From the NCBI GenBank assembly GCA_010093815.1, contig ML996570.1: a stretch of DNA of 64,000 nt; one strand, given 5' to 3'. The DNA comes from Pseudovirgaria hyperparasitica (Eukaryota). The notes beneath the pieces are model-generated. The model saw nothing but the letters and a program-made list of their open reading frames with translations. It searched no databases and had not been told where the DNA came from. A program made the position numbers and the translations under genes. This document shows, in pieces, positions 36,984 through 50,900 of the stretch; positions within the stretch are counted from its first letter, which is position 1; every line of letters begins with the position of its first letter.

Positions 36984-37929
36984 GTTTGGTCCGATCCTAT
37001 TGCAGCTGATCAAACACTGCCCAGCTTGTAATCTTCGACCCTACCCCTGGCTTCTTAACCGCTTTGAAATACGACTTTAATCATGTAATATGGCCTATTC
37101 ACGCCTGAATGTTGACTTGGGCAATACTGCGTAATGCTAGAATAAATATCTTTGTACGATATACGCTCATCCATGGCCGTCCATACAATACCAGGAGCTA
37201 GTCTTGGACGATGGAACCATACCCGGCGATTGATTTCTTCCCCGAGAGTCCCGTATACGGTAGTGACTCCCTCGCATTACGAAGGTTGGATACCCCGGCT
37301 GCATAGGCCATCACCGGGTTCGGTTGACGGTGTACTCGTTGCGTTTTGCACATTCAGAGCAATCACTTTTCTCACTTTTTGTCATCCACCATGCGATCCA
37401 TTTGCGGAACACGTTCTGCATCGCTACTGGATATCATTATATGTGGCGTTGTGGTGGATCGGTCGAGATATACATTTTCTGTTTCTTGCTTCTCTCGCTA
37501 GCGATTTTTGGCTGACCCTTATTTTATATATATCCTGGAAGATGGCGATGAGCTTTGAACTTTGGGTCTTGATGTCTACAAGAACGAGGCAACGTACAGT
37601 TTACTGGCAGCAGGAAAAGTTGTTGGGACACAGTGGGTGGCGATGTCGAGGCCGGTCTATCAATGCATGGGGCTTGTACAGTAGAGCCATGTGAAAGAAT
37701 AAAAATACCAATGATACCTTGCACTATCATAAGAAGGCAGTAAAGGGCTCATGTGTTCAATCTGGACCTGCTCTCCTTCCTATGCAGCCATAGCACGAGA
37801 GGGCCGCGTCAATATACCGTTCTAGGGAGCTAGATTCGCCCACGTGGTGAAGCTTGAGCCCGTATTGGGAGACTCCCAAGTTCTGACTAGGGATGTCGAA
37901 GATATAGTTCGTAGCTTGCCTGCACTTAC

Positions 37930-38150
37930 CTATATATTTTCTATATATCGCTTCGGCTAGTATACTGAAGACTAACTTTGATAGGTCGAGCTTAATAGAG
38001 ATTATAATGGTATTAAGTAGCTATAAGGGTTATAAGATTATAATGGAGGTTTAGTTATATCATGGGGATAAATCAAGCTAGATAAGAGAGTCTGTGTAGT
38101 TGATGGACTTAGTAGTAATCTGCTGTACTAGGTAAATAATCTACTACTTT
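37930..38150. other. AT/TpA-rich patch resembling a RIP-degraded repeat remnant
   Basis: Abrupt excess of TA dinucleotides and scarcity of CA/TG (e.g. CTATAAGGGTTATAAGATTATAATGG) inside ~50% GC sequence. Confidence 0.5.
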
Positions 38151-38300
38151 TAGTGCGCGGGTTCCACACTAACTACATCCATCGGATCTGTAAGTCATGC
38201 ACTAGCCTCATCTCCCTCTGCGACGTAGGAATCTACGCCTGCATATCAGTGACTCCCTGGACTTTGCAATCTCGACCACGCGATCAAACAACGGCTAGCT

Positions 38301-41287
38301 ATGTTGCCAGCTGAGTCCAATAGTCTAAGCATAGCCACGAGCGCACAGGATGCCATAAAGCATGATTGGACAGAAGACCTTCCGCAGACGGATCACCTAA
38401 ATCTATTCCGCGATACAGACTGGAGTCGCAATGGACTAGGACCCCCTGCTAGCTGGGACGCGACTCTACAGCTCTTTACGAAATTTGTGTTTGCAGACTC
38501 CCGAGCAGCGTGTCTATGGTGGGGACCGGATGCTGTCGCCATCTACAATGAAATGTTCGCGCCCTTGTGCTATGCGGTACATCCTACGCTAATGGGCTCG
38601 ACTTATGCCGAATGCTTTCCGGAGCTATGGCCGTTGATTCGTCTCATGTTCGAAGAGAGCAGAAAGACTGGCGTTGGGCAGAATGTCACTCCGGACGCGC
38701 CACTCCTCGTTGAGCGCCACGGATGGAAGGAAGAAGCTTTCTTCTCTGGCTCTTTCGTTCCCATAGGCCCCTCTCATCAGCCGCTAGGTTTTTAGTAAGC
38801 TGGTATTGTGAGAAACATCTGGCTGAAGACTAACAGGTGCCCCTAGCAACTCAGTGTTCGAGGTCACAAGTGAGAAACTTGCTGACCGTCGCACATCCAT
38901 GCTGAATAGGTTAGCTGCCGTACCTTCACAAGCTTCAGGTGCTGTGATTGCCCATATCCTGGATACTCTTGCTACAAATCCAAACGATATAACTATGGCC
39001 CTACTGTATGAACTCAAGGATGAGACCGAAGTAACCACGCTACAATTGCATGGACAAATTGGCCTACCTGAGGGACATGGACTGCGTGTTGACTGCGCAG
39101 ATCTCAGAAGTAGCCAGGGCCTGATCCCTGATCTGCGACATGCCGGCTCAGAAGCGATCTTTATAGATCATGATGATCGATTTACCTCTGTTTCCTGGAA
39201 AGGCTGGGAAGTGCCTTCTAAGAAAATCGCCATTCTACCTATTGCAACTCTCGACTGTGCTTTTGGCTACCTCGTGGTCGGCATGAATCCATACCGTCCA
39301 TTTGACGAAACGTGTCGTCGTTTCGCCCAAGATCTCAATCACATGGTTTCGTCCATCGTCTCTGCAGCCATGACCTATGAACTGGCGGAGTATCAACGGG
39401 AACGACTTGTATCAGATCTTGCATTTTCTGATATGAAAGTCCGTCATCTCGTCGAGCACGCAACGGTGGGTATGTGTAATGTTTCTGTAGATGGGAAGAT
39501 GCTTTGGGCCAATGACCATTATTACAATCTTGCAGGTAGGAGTGCGGAACAACACGTCAATAACTACTCCTTCTATGATGCCTACCTGGAAGAAGACATC
39601 TCCAAAGTGGAAGAAATCTGGAATGAACTTGTGGCGGGGAATGTTCACAACAACATCGAGTTACGCCTAAAACGACAGTACATTTCCCCGAACGGAGAGG
39701 AGCTACCAGCTACGATCCAGGTTCTCGCATTTCCTTATCGTGATCCAGGTTCCGGCCATGTGAAGTCGGTCATGGCGTGTACTACCGACATATCGCGATT
39801 GAAATGGGCCGAGGCCTTCCATGCCCGTTCAGCAGCAGAGGCCAAAGAGGAGAAGAAGCAGCAGGAGGCCTTCATCGATATTGTGTCGCACGAGATGAGA
39901 AACCCACTGAGTGCTATTGTACACTGTGCAGATGCTATTGTTGCCGTGTTGGATGCGTGTAAAGACACCGATGTACCAATCAAACATCTCGAAAGTCTGG
40001 TCGAGAATGCGCAAAGTGCCACCATCATCTTACAATGTGCTAAGCATCAGAAACGCATATTGGACGATGTTCTTACGCTCAGTAAATTGGACTCAATATT
40101 GCTGTCTATTACGCCTTCGTCAGTCGAGCCCTCGCAGATGATACATTCCGTCATAGACATGTTCAAGATGGAGCTGGAAAGCACCAATATTAACTACACA
40201 GTTAATGCAGATCCATCTATAATCGACCTCTCCCTAGATTCAGTGTACCTGGACGCCTCTCGAGTCACCCAGATACTCATCAACTTACTGACGAATGCGA
40301 TGAAGTTTGTGAAATGCTCAAAGCAGCCGTCAGTAACCATCAGATATGGTGCTTGCGTGTCCAATCCACAGGATTTCTTTGCCGAGAACTTTTTCTGGGC
40401 TGACAGCCAGTCCTGTGATAACGTGACGAATGATTCAGAATGGGGCTTGGGAGAGAATGTCTACCTCACGTTCCTTGTTCAGGACTCTGGTATAGGTCTC
40501 AACTACAACGATATCTCAAAAATCTTCGGCCGCTTCTCACAGGCTAGTCTCAAGACCCATGTCACATATGGAGGGAGTGGACTCGGTCTTTACATTTCCA
40601 AGCAGCTGGCCGAGAAACAAGGCGGCAAAATCGGAGTGACCTCTGTGCCGGGTCAGGGCTCGACGTTTGGATTCTATGTCAAAGGACGACGGAGTGAAAA
40701 GCAATTATTGCTCCCGACAGCACCGAAACCCATCACGAATGGGACAAAGGAGCGATTGTCTCGAGAGCTGCGTGTCTTGCTGGTAGAAGACAATCTGATC
40801 AACCAACAAGTTCTCAGTAAGCAGCTGAGACGGTCCGGATTCATTGTTGATGTCGCCAACCACGGCCTCGAGGCGCTCGAAGTTCTGGAGAAGAGCACGT
40901 TTGACGTTGTGCTCATGGACTCCGAGGTCAGTAATAGAGCCCGTGTATCTGATCATACATATGCTTATTCGACATTACAGATGCCTGTCATGGATGGCCT
41001 CACTGCCACACGCGCAATACGGAAGAAGGAGCGAGAGGGTCAAGGCCTTCTCGGTGAGGCAGCGACAACAAGATATCGAGCTGGCGGACGCCTACCTATC
41101 TTCACGGTGACGGCAAACGTTAGAAACGAACAGATCACAGCGGCACTTGCTGCGGGCTCGGTCTGTCAACATTCGTCAAATTCACAGTCATGTCTCGCTG
41201 ACCACAGTTTAGGATGCCGTTGTTCAAAAGCCCTTCAAGGTCATTGATCTGATTGAGAAGATGAAAGCACTGGCCACTGCAGGCTGA
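38301..41287 (+). CDS. Hybrid two-component histidine kinase (PAS-like, HisKA, HATPase_c, receiver); introns 38795-38846, 40927-40980, 41161-41212
   Basis: H-box SHEMRNPL, N-box QILINLLTNAMKF, G1 VQDSGIG, G2 GGSGLGL, receiver VLLVEDN…VLMDSE|MPVMDG…VVQKPF. Confidence 0.93.
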
Positions 41288-42590
41288 TTCGATTGACCTC
41301 CACATTCAGACTGTCGCCATTCATGTCGGTGCTGAGCCTCGCAGTCCTAGCCACTATGGCTGCATTTATATTCCGGTCTCGACTGCGTCTCCATACCAAC
41401 AGCTACGCATCTGACCATGATACATGATATCTCTGGCCGCAAACAGCTGCTCAATACAAATACGACCGTCGCGGGAAAGCCACTGCGCCTTTCAGTCTCT
41501 TAAGGGGAACAAGAGACCGTCGTAGCCTTCGCTGTTCACCCGCCAAATCGGCGCGAGGTGCGGTACATGATATCATAGGTCTCTGTGAGACACTCATGGA
41601 TGACAACAACCTCTCGCTAGGGAGCCATGTAATGGGCTACACACATCAATCTGCGGCTGTGAAGCCCCGCCTCGGGCCATAACAATGGAAGCAGATCACT
41701 GATAGGGATATTCGATGTAAAGTAACGTCCAATAGGAACATTTGCTGGTACTTACAGCTCAACAACGTATGAAACTGGTTCTACACTGCACATTCGCTGA
41801 GCGTACTTATGTTCCATCTCGCTGGACAATCTTCGTTGTTTCTCATTGAGCGTCCCTTCCATGCCATTTTCACGGTCGACCTCGTGTATTGTATGACGCT
41901 GTCTACTGCTCTGTCGAACGAGGTTCACAATCACCAGCTCTCTCATCACCAGTGCGTTCGGTTTGCGGGATTAGTTGCTATTTGCTGTTTGCGGGCTAAT
42001 CTTAGCCCGTTATTCATGTTGAGGACTAATAACTCTAGACACATTCACATGTCGTGTGGCCTTTTCGTTGTTCCGTGAGTCGTGATAATCCATTGTTAAA
42101 AAGCAACAGTCGAAGCGGCCGGAAAACACCATTATCGTTGGGCTTCACAGAGAGATTGATTGACGAGTCCTTGGTTGCTGAGCATAATGAACGCAGCTGT
42201 CAAGTGCTCTAGACTTGCATTACTCGTAACATTTGCGCGATGTGTGGCGGGCTTTTCGAAAGTGAGTGAACCTAGGAGGCTCTCAGTAGTCCATGTCAAG
42301 TAAGCGACGCTATGATAGGGGCTTGATGAATCGTGCCTGGATTACAAGGCAACGATACACGATTACGCCGACGCCGACGTCCGACGTATCGTGCGAAAAC
42401 GGCGGTTGGCAGCGTCATGCTTACAATTCTGAATTAATCAGCGCGGAAGCCGGTCAAACAAACAGAGTGCGAAATGGCCTTCACTCAAGTATATAAAATC
42501 AGCAACAAATGATACAGATAGATCAATAAGGGACATCAAAGACACACCTCACCACTGCTTGATACTTCTAGAAGCTCAAAAAAGTTCGAC

Positions 42591-43844
42591 ATGGCTGCTC
42601 AGAAGCCTGTTTTGATAGCTGGAGCAGGCTTGGCGTCCCTACTCTTCGCCCGCTCGCTTCTTCGTTCCCGGATCCCCTTCATTATCTTCGAGCGTGACCA
42701 ATCCATTGCGTTTCGCGCGCAAGGCTACCGCCTCCGTCTTTCGACCGAGGGTCTCGATGCCATAGAAGAGGTCCTGGGCCCCGAGCCCAACGGCTTCCCG
42801 AAGTTCTGGGATCGCTGCGGTAAGACGGGCGGCTCGAAGGGGTTTGCTGGTCTGAATGCCGTAACCGGAGAGGAATTGGAAGAAAGCACCGGGCCATCTC
42901 CGCCGGCGCCGGAGCCTGCGAAAGATGCACCGAAAGCGACACCAACGCAGCCTGGGAAGGAGATGTTGTTCAGCAGGGAAGGCAAGACGATAGGCATTTC
43001 GAGAGGGGATATGCGGGCGCTCTTTCTCGAGGGCTGCGAAGATCATGTCAGGTGGGGCCATCATGTTACAGGGTATGAGTCGAGTCCGAACGGTGTCTGG
43101 GCGATCTTCAGAGACGGCAGTAAATCTGAAGAAGGAGATCTGCTCGTTGGCGGGGAAGGCATCTACTCGAAAGTGGCGAAACAAGTCTCGAACGGCAAGC
43201 TGAAGACATACGACACCGGCGCACGCGGCATCCACGGCCAAGCACCGACGACAGCGTTCAAAGCATTAGGAGAAGGTGTATGGCGGATCCTGGACGATAC
43301 CCGCTCCGACGGAAAAGTTTTTGCCATCACAAACGTCCGGCCAGACGACATGGACGATCCGGACATCCAGTTTGGCTGGACCATGGGTGGCCAACCGGGG
43401 GTGATTGCACCTCCGAACAACGACTTCTCAATCATCGGCAAGGAAGCTGCGGACATTGCGAAATCCTTGACTGCAAACTGGCATCCGCGCATCAAGCCGC
43501 TCTTTGATCAGATGGATGAGAAGAACGCTGCGTTCTGGAAGATTACCTGTTCGACTCCCTCAGGGGTGCCTGAATGGCCTAACGATCCACGCGTGACTGT
43601 CATCGGAGACGCGGTCCACTCCATGACTCCTGCGGGGGGCATTGGGGCAAATACAGCTGTCCGCGATTCTGCTCTACTTGGAAGGCTTTTGGCTGAGGCT
43701 GGTGGCTGGAAAGAAGGCATCACGGCTGCGTATGAGAAGGAAATGAGAGTCTATGGCAGTGAAGCAGTGGCTCATAGTTACGGCATGGCGAAAGGTCAGT
43801 TTGGAGTAACTATAGACGAAGACACCTCGCCTACTGTCGGATAA
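42591..43844 (+). CDS. FAD-dependent monooxygenase (class A aromatic hydroxylase; TetX/CTB7-like); intronless
   Basis: VLIAGAGLASL, FERD, RAQGYRL, LLVGGEG, VTVIGDAVHSMTPAGGIGANTAVRDS. Confidence 0.9.
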   Translation: MAAQKPVLIAGAGLASLLFARSLLRSRIPFIIFERDQSIAFRAQGYRLRLSTEGLDAIEEVLGPEPNGFPKFWDRCGKTGGSKGFAGLNAVTGEELEESTGPSPPAPEPAKDAPKATPTQPGKEMLFSREGKTIGISRGDMRALFLEGCEDHVRWGHHVTGYESSPNGVWAIFRDGSKSEEGDLLVGGEGIYSKVAKQVSNGKLKTYDTGARGIHGQAPTTAFKALGEGVWRILDDTRSDGKVFAITNVRPDDMDDPDIQFGWTMGGQPGVIAPPNNDFSIIGKEAADIAKSLTANWHPRIKPLFDQMDEKNAAFWKITCSTPSGVPEWPNDPRVTVIGDAVHSMTPAGGIGANTAVRDSALLGRLLAEAGGWKEGITAAYEKEMRVYGSEAVAHSYGMAKGQFGVTIDEDTSPTVG

Positions 43845-45329
43845 GCATTTTTACCAGAAATATATCATAGACGTTCGAAAGCATAATCATATGGGTTTTC
43901 GGAGTTATGCACATGGCCAATTCTACTTGAAACTCTCTAACAATGGAGCTGCACACAACGGTCTATACTCGCACTCGTCAATCTGGTGAGCACACCCGAG
44001 ATTGTGATACATATAGGCGAAACATGTTTCCTGTAGCTCTTCCACTAGCAATTGAGTGACCGATTTCATGTGCTTAAAGGGGTTCCATCAGTGCAAAATA
44101 TACTGGGGTCCTCAACAGCTTGACTGCCAATTTATATCTTAACGTAGGAGGACCTGCCATTTGCCCTAGGTCGTGCCAGCATTAACCTTTGGATGATGTG
44201 AATGTTTGATATAGGGCACATGAAGCTAGATGTAGGCGCCATCAGTCACTGTTCGGACATGCTGCAGCACAGGCAGCCTGTTCCGAACGTTATGGTGCGC
44301 CTGAGAAACCGGATTGTATTCGATGAGGACTTCGCAATGCTCTACAGTGTCATCAGAATCTTCACAGGAACGCGCTTCACATACGTTGGGCGATGATAGT
44401 CTGTCTGTGTACGTGAGTGTCAGATCTCGAGGACTCAGACACGTTCTCTGGAATCCTTCTGCTGGCAATTGATATGCCTCATATTTGACCACTTACAATC
44501 GAAATCGGTGAGGATGGAAACATAGAAGGAGTCTGTGTGCTGCGTTGTAGGAATGGATGGTCTATCAGAATATTGAGATTTATGGCTGATTCTCGAATAC
44601 AGACTAACAAGTCTCCAGTTGAAAATACGCCTGTTGCAAGGTCACAAATTTAAGAATAATGACAAAGACGGGAATGTTGATTTCGCCAGGCACAAGAGTA
44701 TACCCGATCTTCCACTCCGTAGACTCGCTGCCAATGAGTCTGTGCAGTCGACAGAAGGCTGTAGGCAGATACTCTGGATCTTCTGGCCCCTGAGCAATTA
44801 TCATGAACCTTCACGACTTGATTCCGGCCTATAGTGGTATTCATGCAAGCTTGCAGTAGGCCAACCATCAATATCATGGCTTCATCTAACGTCAGTAAAT
44901 TGCTGTAGTTGAAACCCGCCAGGGCCTGCAAAGCTCGATAGCTTTGCTCGTGGGTAGAACTTTAATCTACTTCTATCCCATCGATGAACAGGATCACAGC
45001 ACCAAGAGAGGCGGGATGGTCGTTTGGGTTGCAGTATTGAGCTGCTCTGACAGGAAAGCGAGATCCTAATACACGCGTATCTACCAAGGCTAAGGTCGGG
45101 TCGACATTTGACGGAAAAGAAAGTACAATGTGGTATTCAGCAGCATTGTATTTAATGTCAGATCCTTCATCTTGGAGGTGTGGATCACCAACGCATATCC
45201 ACTCCCAGGCCAGATGTTTGAAAATACGTTCCTTTCAATAGAGGTTTCTGGCATTGACCTTACGGGCTCTGTGAAACCCACGACATTTATTTATATGGCA
45301 CAGTTTGTACGTACTATGCCCTATTCATT

Positions 45330-47668
45330 TTACGCGACCTCCTCAGTCTCATCAATGATCTCCTCCACAACCTCTTCAATTTCCTCGCCCTTCCGTTCCT
45401 CTTCCTGCTCCTTCTTTTCTTCTTCCGAATGGTCAATACCCATATCCTCTTCATCCTCGCGTACCTCCTCGATAGCTCGCTCGCGCCATGCAAGCCACTC
45501 CTCAAGCTGCCTCCTACGCGCCTCAACCACAGCACGATTCGCTGTGTTCTTCTTAGCCAGATCCTGCTCGTCGAATATTCGGCTGTAATTGCGCAGATTG
45601 CGGCGAATCTCGGATTGTTCTTCCTTGGAAAGAAGTGTTGCAGGGCGTGGGCGCCAGAGAAATTGCTTGAAACGCTCGACAGGCTCTTCCCGGAGAAGAG
45701 TTCCTTTGAAATCGTAAATGTGATAACCGTTTTCCATCTGCACGACAGTCAGTGAGATTTGGATTATGATTGACTTCAATTTCACTTACACCATGTCGGA
45801 ATGCTGATGCTACGGTGGCTACGTATCTGCCAGTTGGATCCCACTCAACATCAGTAACACCATAATGATCACCAGTGTTCATGAGTTGAAGACTACACAT
45901 CAAATCCTTATCACTGTCTTTATCCTTCTCTTCTTTGGACTTCTCGAAGCTCAAATCCCAGAAATCGAGATCGAAACTCTGCTGGGATTGGAGAGTGGCT
46001 ACAACGACGAAACGACCCTTGGGCGACCAGAAAATGGCATTGCTATTTTTCTTGTCGACCGTTCGTACATGGTGAAAGTTGCCGGGAATACCACTCTTTG
46101 TTCGCTCAGGAGCGAAGAAAGAGACTGAGGTCTTAGGTGGAACAGCCACACCTGCGGCGGGTATTTCGCCCGTTGTAATCAGCACGAAGCGGTTGCCTTT
46201 TGGTTCCCAGGCAAAGTTGATCACAGTTTCTTTGATGGCCTCAACGACCTCGACTGGGACGCCTTTCTCGCGGACGCGAAAGATTTCAAGGTTAGTGGCG
46301 AGCGACTTCTTTGACTTTGAATGACGATCAACTTTTACACACACGTACGCGGCTTCAGATTGCCAATGAAGTTTGGCGTCTGAAACATTGAACAGATTTC
46401 TCGTGCGTACAACCTCTTTCGATGGAACGCTCATCAGGCCAACTTTTGCAGGATTAGAGCCTAACTCAGGTGTCCAGTAGCAGAAAAGCTGTTCATATGT
46501 CTTGACACCATCGCGGCGAGGAAGGGCAGGAGCCCACTCAAAGTCCATGACGCCTTCAATCTTGATGCTGGTCTTCTCAAGAAGATTCATCCGTGGGGTC
46601 TCATAAACTGATATCGATTGCCCTTGCGTCATTCGAGCGACATACTTGTCGTCCGAGGACCATTTGAAGGTTGGCCATTGCATCTTCTTCTTAATAGGTT
46701 GACCCGCATCGTCCATTTGCGAGCTTGGGACGTCAAGTGTGACGAAAGAACGAAGAGGCTTCCCAGTGGCAATGTCCCAGATGATATAGTTCTTGCCATC
46801 CTCCTCAAGTGAAAGAGTTGGGACCGGGTGGTTCTCATCAACTTGTAGCGGGCGATGGGACCAAGTAACGAGGTACTTCTCGTTGGGAGAATAATCGACC
46901 AAGTTCACGCCAGGATGCGCGAACCGCTTCTGCCTGTGCCAAGATTTTCCACCCCAGAGCTGCACGCCTTGCCCGTGAAGCGAAGTGAGGTATGTTCCGA
47001 GTGGCGACCACTGCACGAAAAAATCTGTCCAGTGTTCGCGATCGACGACGTTTTCCGGCGCGTCTTCTTTCTCATTCCAGAACACGCCCACTTTATCGCC
47101 GCGATACATGACCATCTGATCTCTACCGTCCACATCTCCGAGCCACGACCTTAGGTGCTCCTTCTGCTCAAAAGGTTGAATTGTGGGAGGAGTGTATTCA
47201 TCCTCGATACGTCCTCCACCACCGTAGCGTTCAATATCTGTTAGCTTATTGACTGCCATATTGTGTCTCTTGTCGAGCGGGACACCGTGGCATTTCTTGA
47301 CCGCGGCAGCTGCCTCTGCAGGAGACCCAAATTCAACAAAGGCGAATCTATAAAAGAGGAGTCAGTGCGCACGTTCACACTCGTAGAAATCTTCGAATAG
47401 TTGCGTACCCTTCAGTCATGCCCTCATCGTTTGTGGGCATGAAGAAACCATCCTCTCTTGGCTTCGCAGCCTCAGTGAGCTTGCGAATCACGTATTTTTG
47501 TAGCTTTGCTTTGCTGTCTTCTGGTACGCGCGGGAGACCATCTAGCACGACGAAGGCGTCCAGACCCTCCTCAAGGCGCACTTCATATTGTTCTTGGAGA
47601 TCTGAAAAGTCGATCTCGGATTCGTCAAAGTCATCGTCTATAGGTAGATTGTCGTAAGAGGGCGCCAT
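45330..47668 (-). CDS. prt1: Translation initiation factor eIF3 subunit b; introns 47348-47408 and 45738-45789
   Basis: N-terminal RRM ([15 protein letters not shown]…G|FAFVEF), [31 protein letters not shown], acidic C-terminus. Confidence 0.96.
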
Positions 47669-47768
47669 GACTGAAGTGTGTGAATATCGTGGAGACGTCG
47701 CGGGGTCGGCTGTGCGTGTGAATTTGGACTGCGCCGCCAAGAGTTCGGTATGCTAGGCGAAGCAACTC

Positions 47769-47777
47769 GTCACGTGA
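47769..47777. promoter_or_regulatory. GTCACGTGA E-box (Cbf1-type bHLH site) about 100 bp upstream of the eIF3b start codon
   Basis: Palindromic TCACGTGA in a short 304-bp intergenic region. Function is inferred. Confidence 0.35.
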
Positions 47778-47972
47778 TGGTATTACAGCAATCTTTTAGC
47801 CGTGCTGTTCAATAGATTGGAATGATAGTTTAAGCCATGTGAATTTTGTTTCGATAACACTTATTGATATATTATTGCTTTGTGACGTATTGGAGCTTGC
47901 GCCACAGACCAAATCACCCTGCCAGTACTTGTTTTGCGTCTGTGTTAGTGCCCCTGCGTCCTGCTAACAGCT

Positions 47973-50900
47973 TCATGAGGGTCTCAATACCTCCCATTCC
48001 TTCATTTCATCTTCTACGCTATCGTCCATCGGCCCCGCTGTCATCATACCTGTACCTTTCCTCCTGGGTGGTAAGGCCGGGCCGGTACGCTCCTCCGCAC
48101 TCCCATTTTCCTTCCGTAAACGCTGAGGAGGTGACCTCGAGATAACGTTGCTACTAGACCCTGATGTTGCACTCGTCACTGTCCTCCTAGGGGGCGGTAA
48201 TGTAGGTGCTATTTTCTCGAATGACTCTGTCAATGGAGGCGTTGGGGAGCTGGATGAGCTGAAGGCAGCTGGCTTCTTCGGAACAGGTGGTGCTGGCTTG
48301 CGGGTTATGCTTGTGGAAGAGATGGATTGTGAAGAGGGCGATCTAGCTTGCGCATATGGAGATTGTACGGATGCACGGGAGTCAGAACGTGCATCGCGGT
48401 TCGAAGGTGGTGTCGATACTTGATAATGGTGTGATGAGGTATTCGAATTACGGGATGACGAGGCTAGGGCTTCAGTCGTATCGAATGGTGGTGGAATTTT
48501 GCGCGTTATTGACCTACTTGACATGTTGCTACGTGCTGATGCAGTAGTATTAGACCGGCGTGGCTTCGGTGGGTCGGGGTATGTATCGTATTTCCTAATG
48601 TCGACCCAATCTTGCTCGGAGGATGGAGTGAAAGGATTCGGCTTACGATTAGGGTTAGGAATCATATTTGGCTGAGGTGGTCGAACTTGAGAGCGGACAG
48701 GCTGGCCGTTATCTATCCACCATTTTCGACGGTCGGAGCTTGCTGGTGGAAGACCGGGCTCAATAGACTCATATCCTATAAGGTCCTCATCCGAGGTTTC
48801 ATGCCCCCTATCATTCACCGTAGGATCACCAACGACGCCCCTCCGTTGTCTGTAGAGTCTGTTGCCGAGGTGATCCTTCTTCTTTTCATCGATAATGTTG
48901 ATTGTGCAAAAGAATGTGGCATAGACGGGACGATGGTCGGAAAAGCGTAATGGGGCAGCATTGTAACTCGTTTGACGCAAATTGGTGCCTTTCGTCAAGA
49001 TCCGGTCACACCACGCAGGTATGCGAGCCTTTTCTGAAGAGTCGTAGTAGTCTGTGCCCAAGTCGAACTTATATGTGGGATCAAATGTGATTCGGGCTTC
49101 ATTGTAGTAGGGGAACGTTAGCCCCGCGACCATTTGTAGGTTCAGCTATATTTATTATTAGTCTCACAACATTTGGATTGAATCACAACTGCTCACCTGA
49201 TCATTTGCATATAGTGTCTCAAGATCTCTAGCCTCTATGAGCCGACGAACCTTCTCGTTACTTAGGCCGATACGGTAGTTGAAATCTCCTAGCCAGATAA
49301 CACTATCATGATCCTCTATCGAACGGTCGCGCTGGAATCGTAAGCCCTGAACAATAGTCTTGTAATCTCTATTACGCTCCTCGTAGTTCGCAAATCCAGC
49401 TGCAAGATGAGCCGTGACGAAGCATATCGAAGTATCCGCAAAGTCGACGCGTATTGCAACAGCACCTTTGTTACCTGCTATACCAGACATACCAGTTTTC
49501 TTGATACTCCCTTCCACATTCTTGATAAAGTTCAATATGCTCGCCTTCACGAAAATCGATAGAGAGGCTCCAACGAGCTGACCACCGCGAAGAAGTACGT
49601 ATTCTTCTTGCCTATGAAGTCTAGCATGCTCATTCAAAGTATTCTTGACTGCACTTTCCCAATTTTGCCGCCGCGCAGGGTCTGTCGACATGATCTGCTG
49701 TGGACTGAGCTCCACGATCTCTTGAAAGCCCACAGCCACGATCTCAGCAGATTCTTGGGCTGCATCTATCTTGGGCAGTAACCAAGGAGAAAGATCATCT
49801 CGAAGGCCATTAGTCTTGCCGTTGAGATTGAAGGTCCCAGCCCAGATGCGGATTGTGTCTGATGATGTATATTCGGCAAACCGCCGCATCAGTTCCGTAT
49901 TCACGAAGTCGTTGACCGGGTCATAAAGCGTGACAGGACTCTGACCAATGAGACGCCCTAGCAACATGTCAACAGTGTTTTGACGGCCCTTGTCTGCAAA
50001 ATTGTTGATATATAGTCGTTGTGCGCTCTTCCTCGCATCCGCCAGTGCTCCAGCGAACGACATCTTCCCAGACCGGGTGAAAGAGGACTTCAAAGCCCCC
50101 GTGCCGGCATATATCTTCGAGAGTGCGTCTCCGTTGTCCGCCCACAGACTCCCATGTCTAGTCCAAAAGTCGTTGCTGGCTCTTTCGCTGCGATGTCCGA
50201 GGAAACTTAATAAAGCCATCTTACTGATGATCGTCTGGACTAGATTAGTCCGGTCCAAACAATCCAAACAGTTGGTTCGGAAGACACCTTCTTGTTGCAA
50301 GATAGTGACTGATCTTCGGATGACCTGATTCGCGGTTTCTATGCTCCCTCTCAACCGATCCTCAACTTCCTCCGCCAGATAGTATGAGAAGCTGTCTGCT
50401 GAGTCCTGAATGTACCGTGAAATGTCACTCGCAGCTTCATAGCCCACCGGACCACGTGTCTCCGCGTGGAAGTCGTATTCAGTATGCTTCAGGAGGTCAT
50501 GTTCGCGCGACTGCTTCCCATGGGTGTTGTTGAGAGGGCTTTGCTCGATATGATGAATATATCGTTGAGTTAAGTCAGTTTCTTGAGGCTTGTCAAAGCT
50601 TAGCAGATTTACGACATGTACTGCTCCATATGTGTGCTCCAGGTGCTCAAAGTGTCTGTCGAATGAAGGTTGCGTAGCTTCTTGGGAGCGGGTTATACTG
50701 ATCTTCTGTTGGTTCGGGAGGAGTCCAGTGGCTTGCTCCCAGAATATTGGAACACTGCCCCGGATTTGAGTGTAGGAAAAACAGAGACCTGAGGGGGTAC
50801 AGAACACAGTCTCGGTCTCTACGAAGTTGGCAACGTTGCCGTCGTCATCTATGCCTCGCGAGTTGAACCGTGTCCCAGCTCTCCGACATGAAAGTCTTGA

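Noticed and set aside
37152..37694. 180-aa ORF downstream of the C2H2 gene
   Set aside because: Non-AUG start, no motifs, position fits a 3'UTR.
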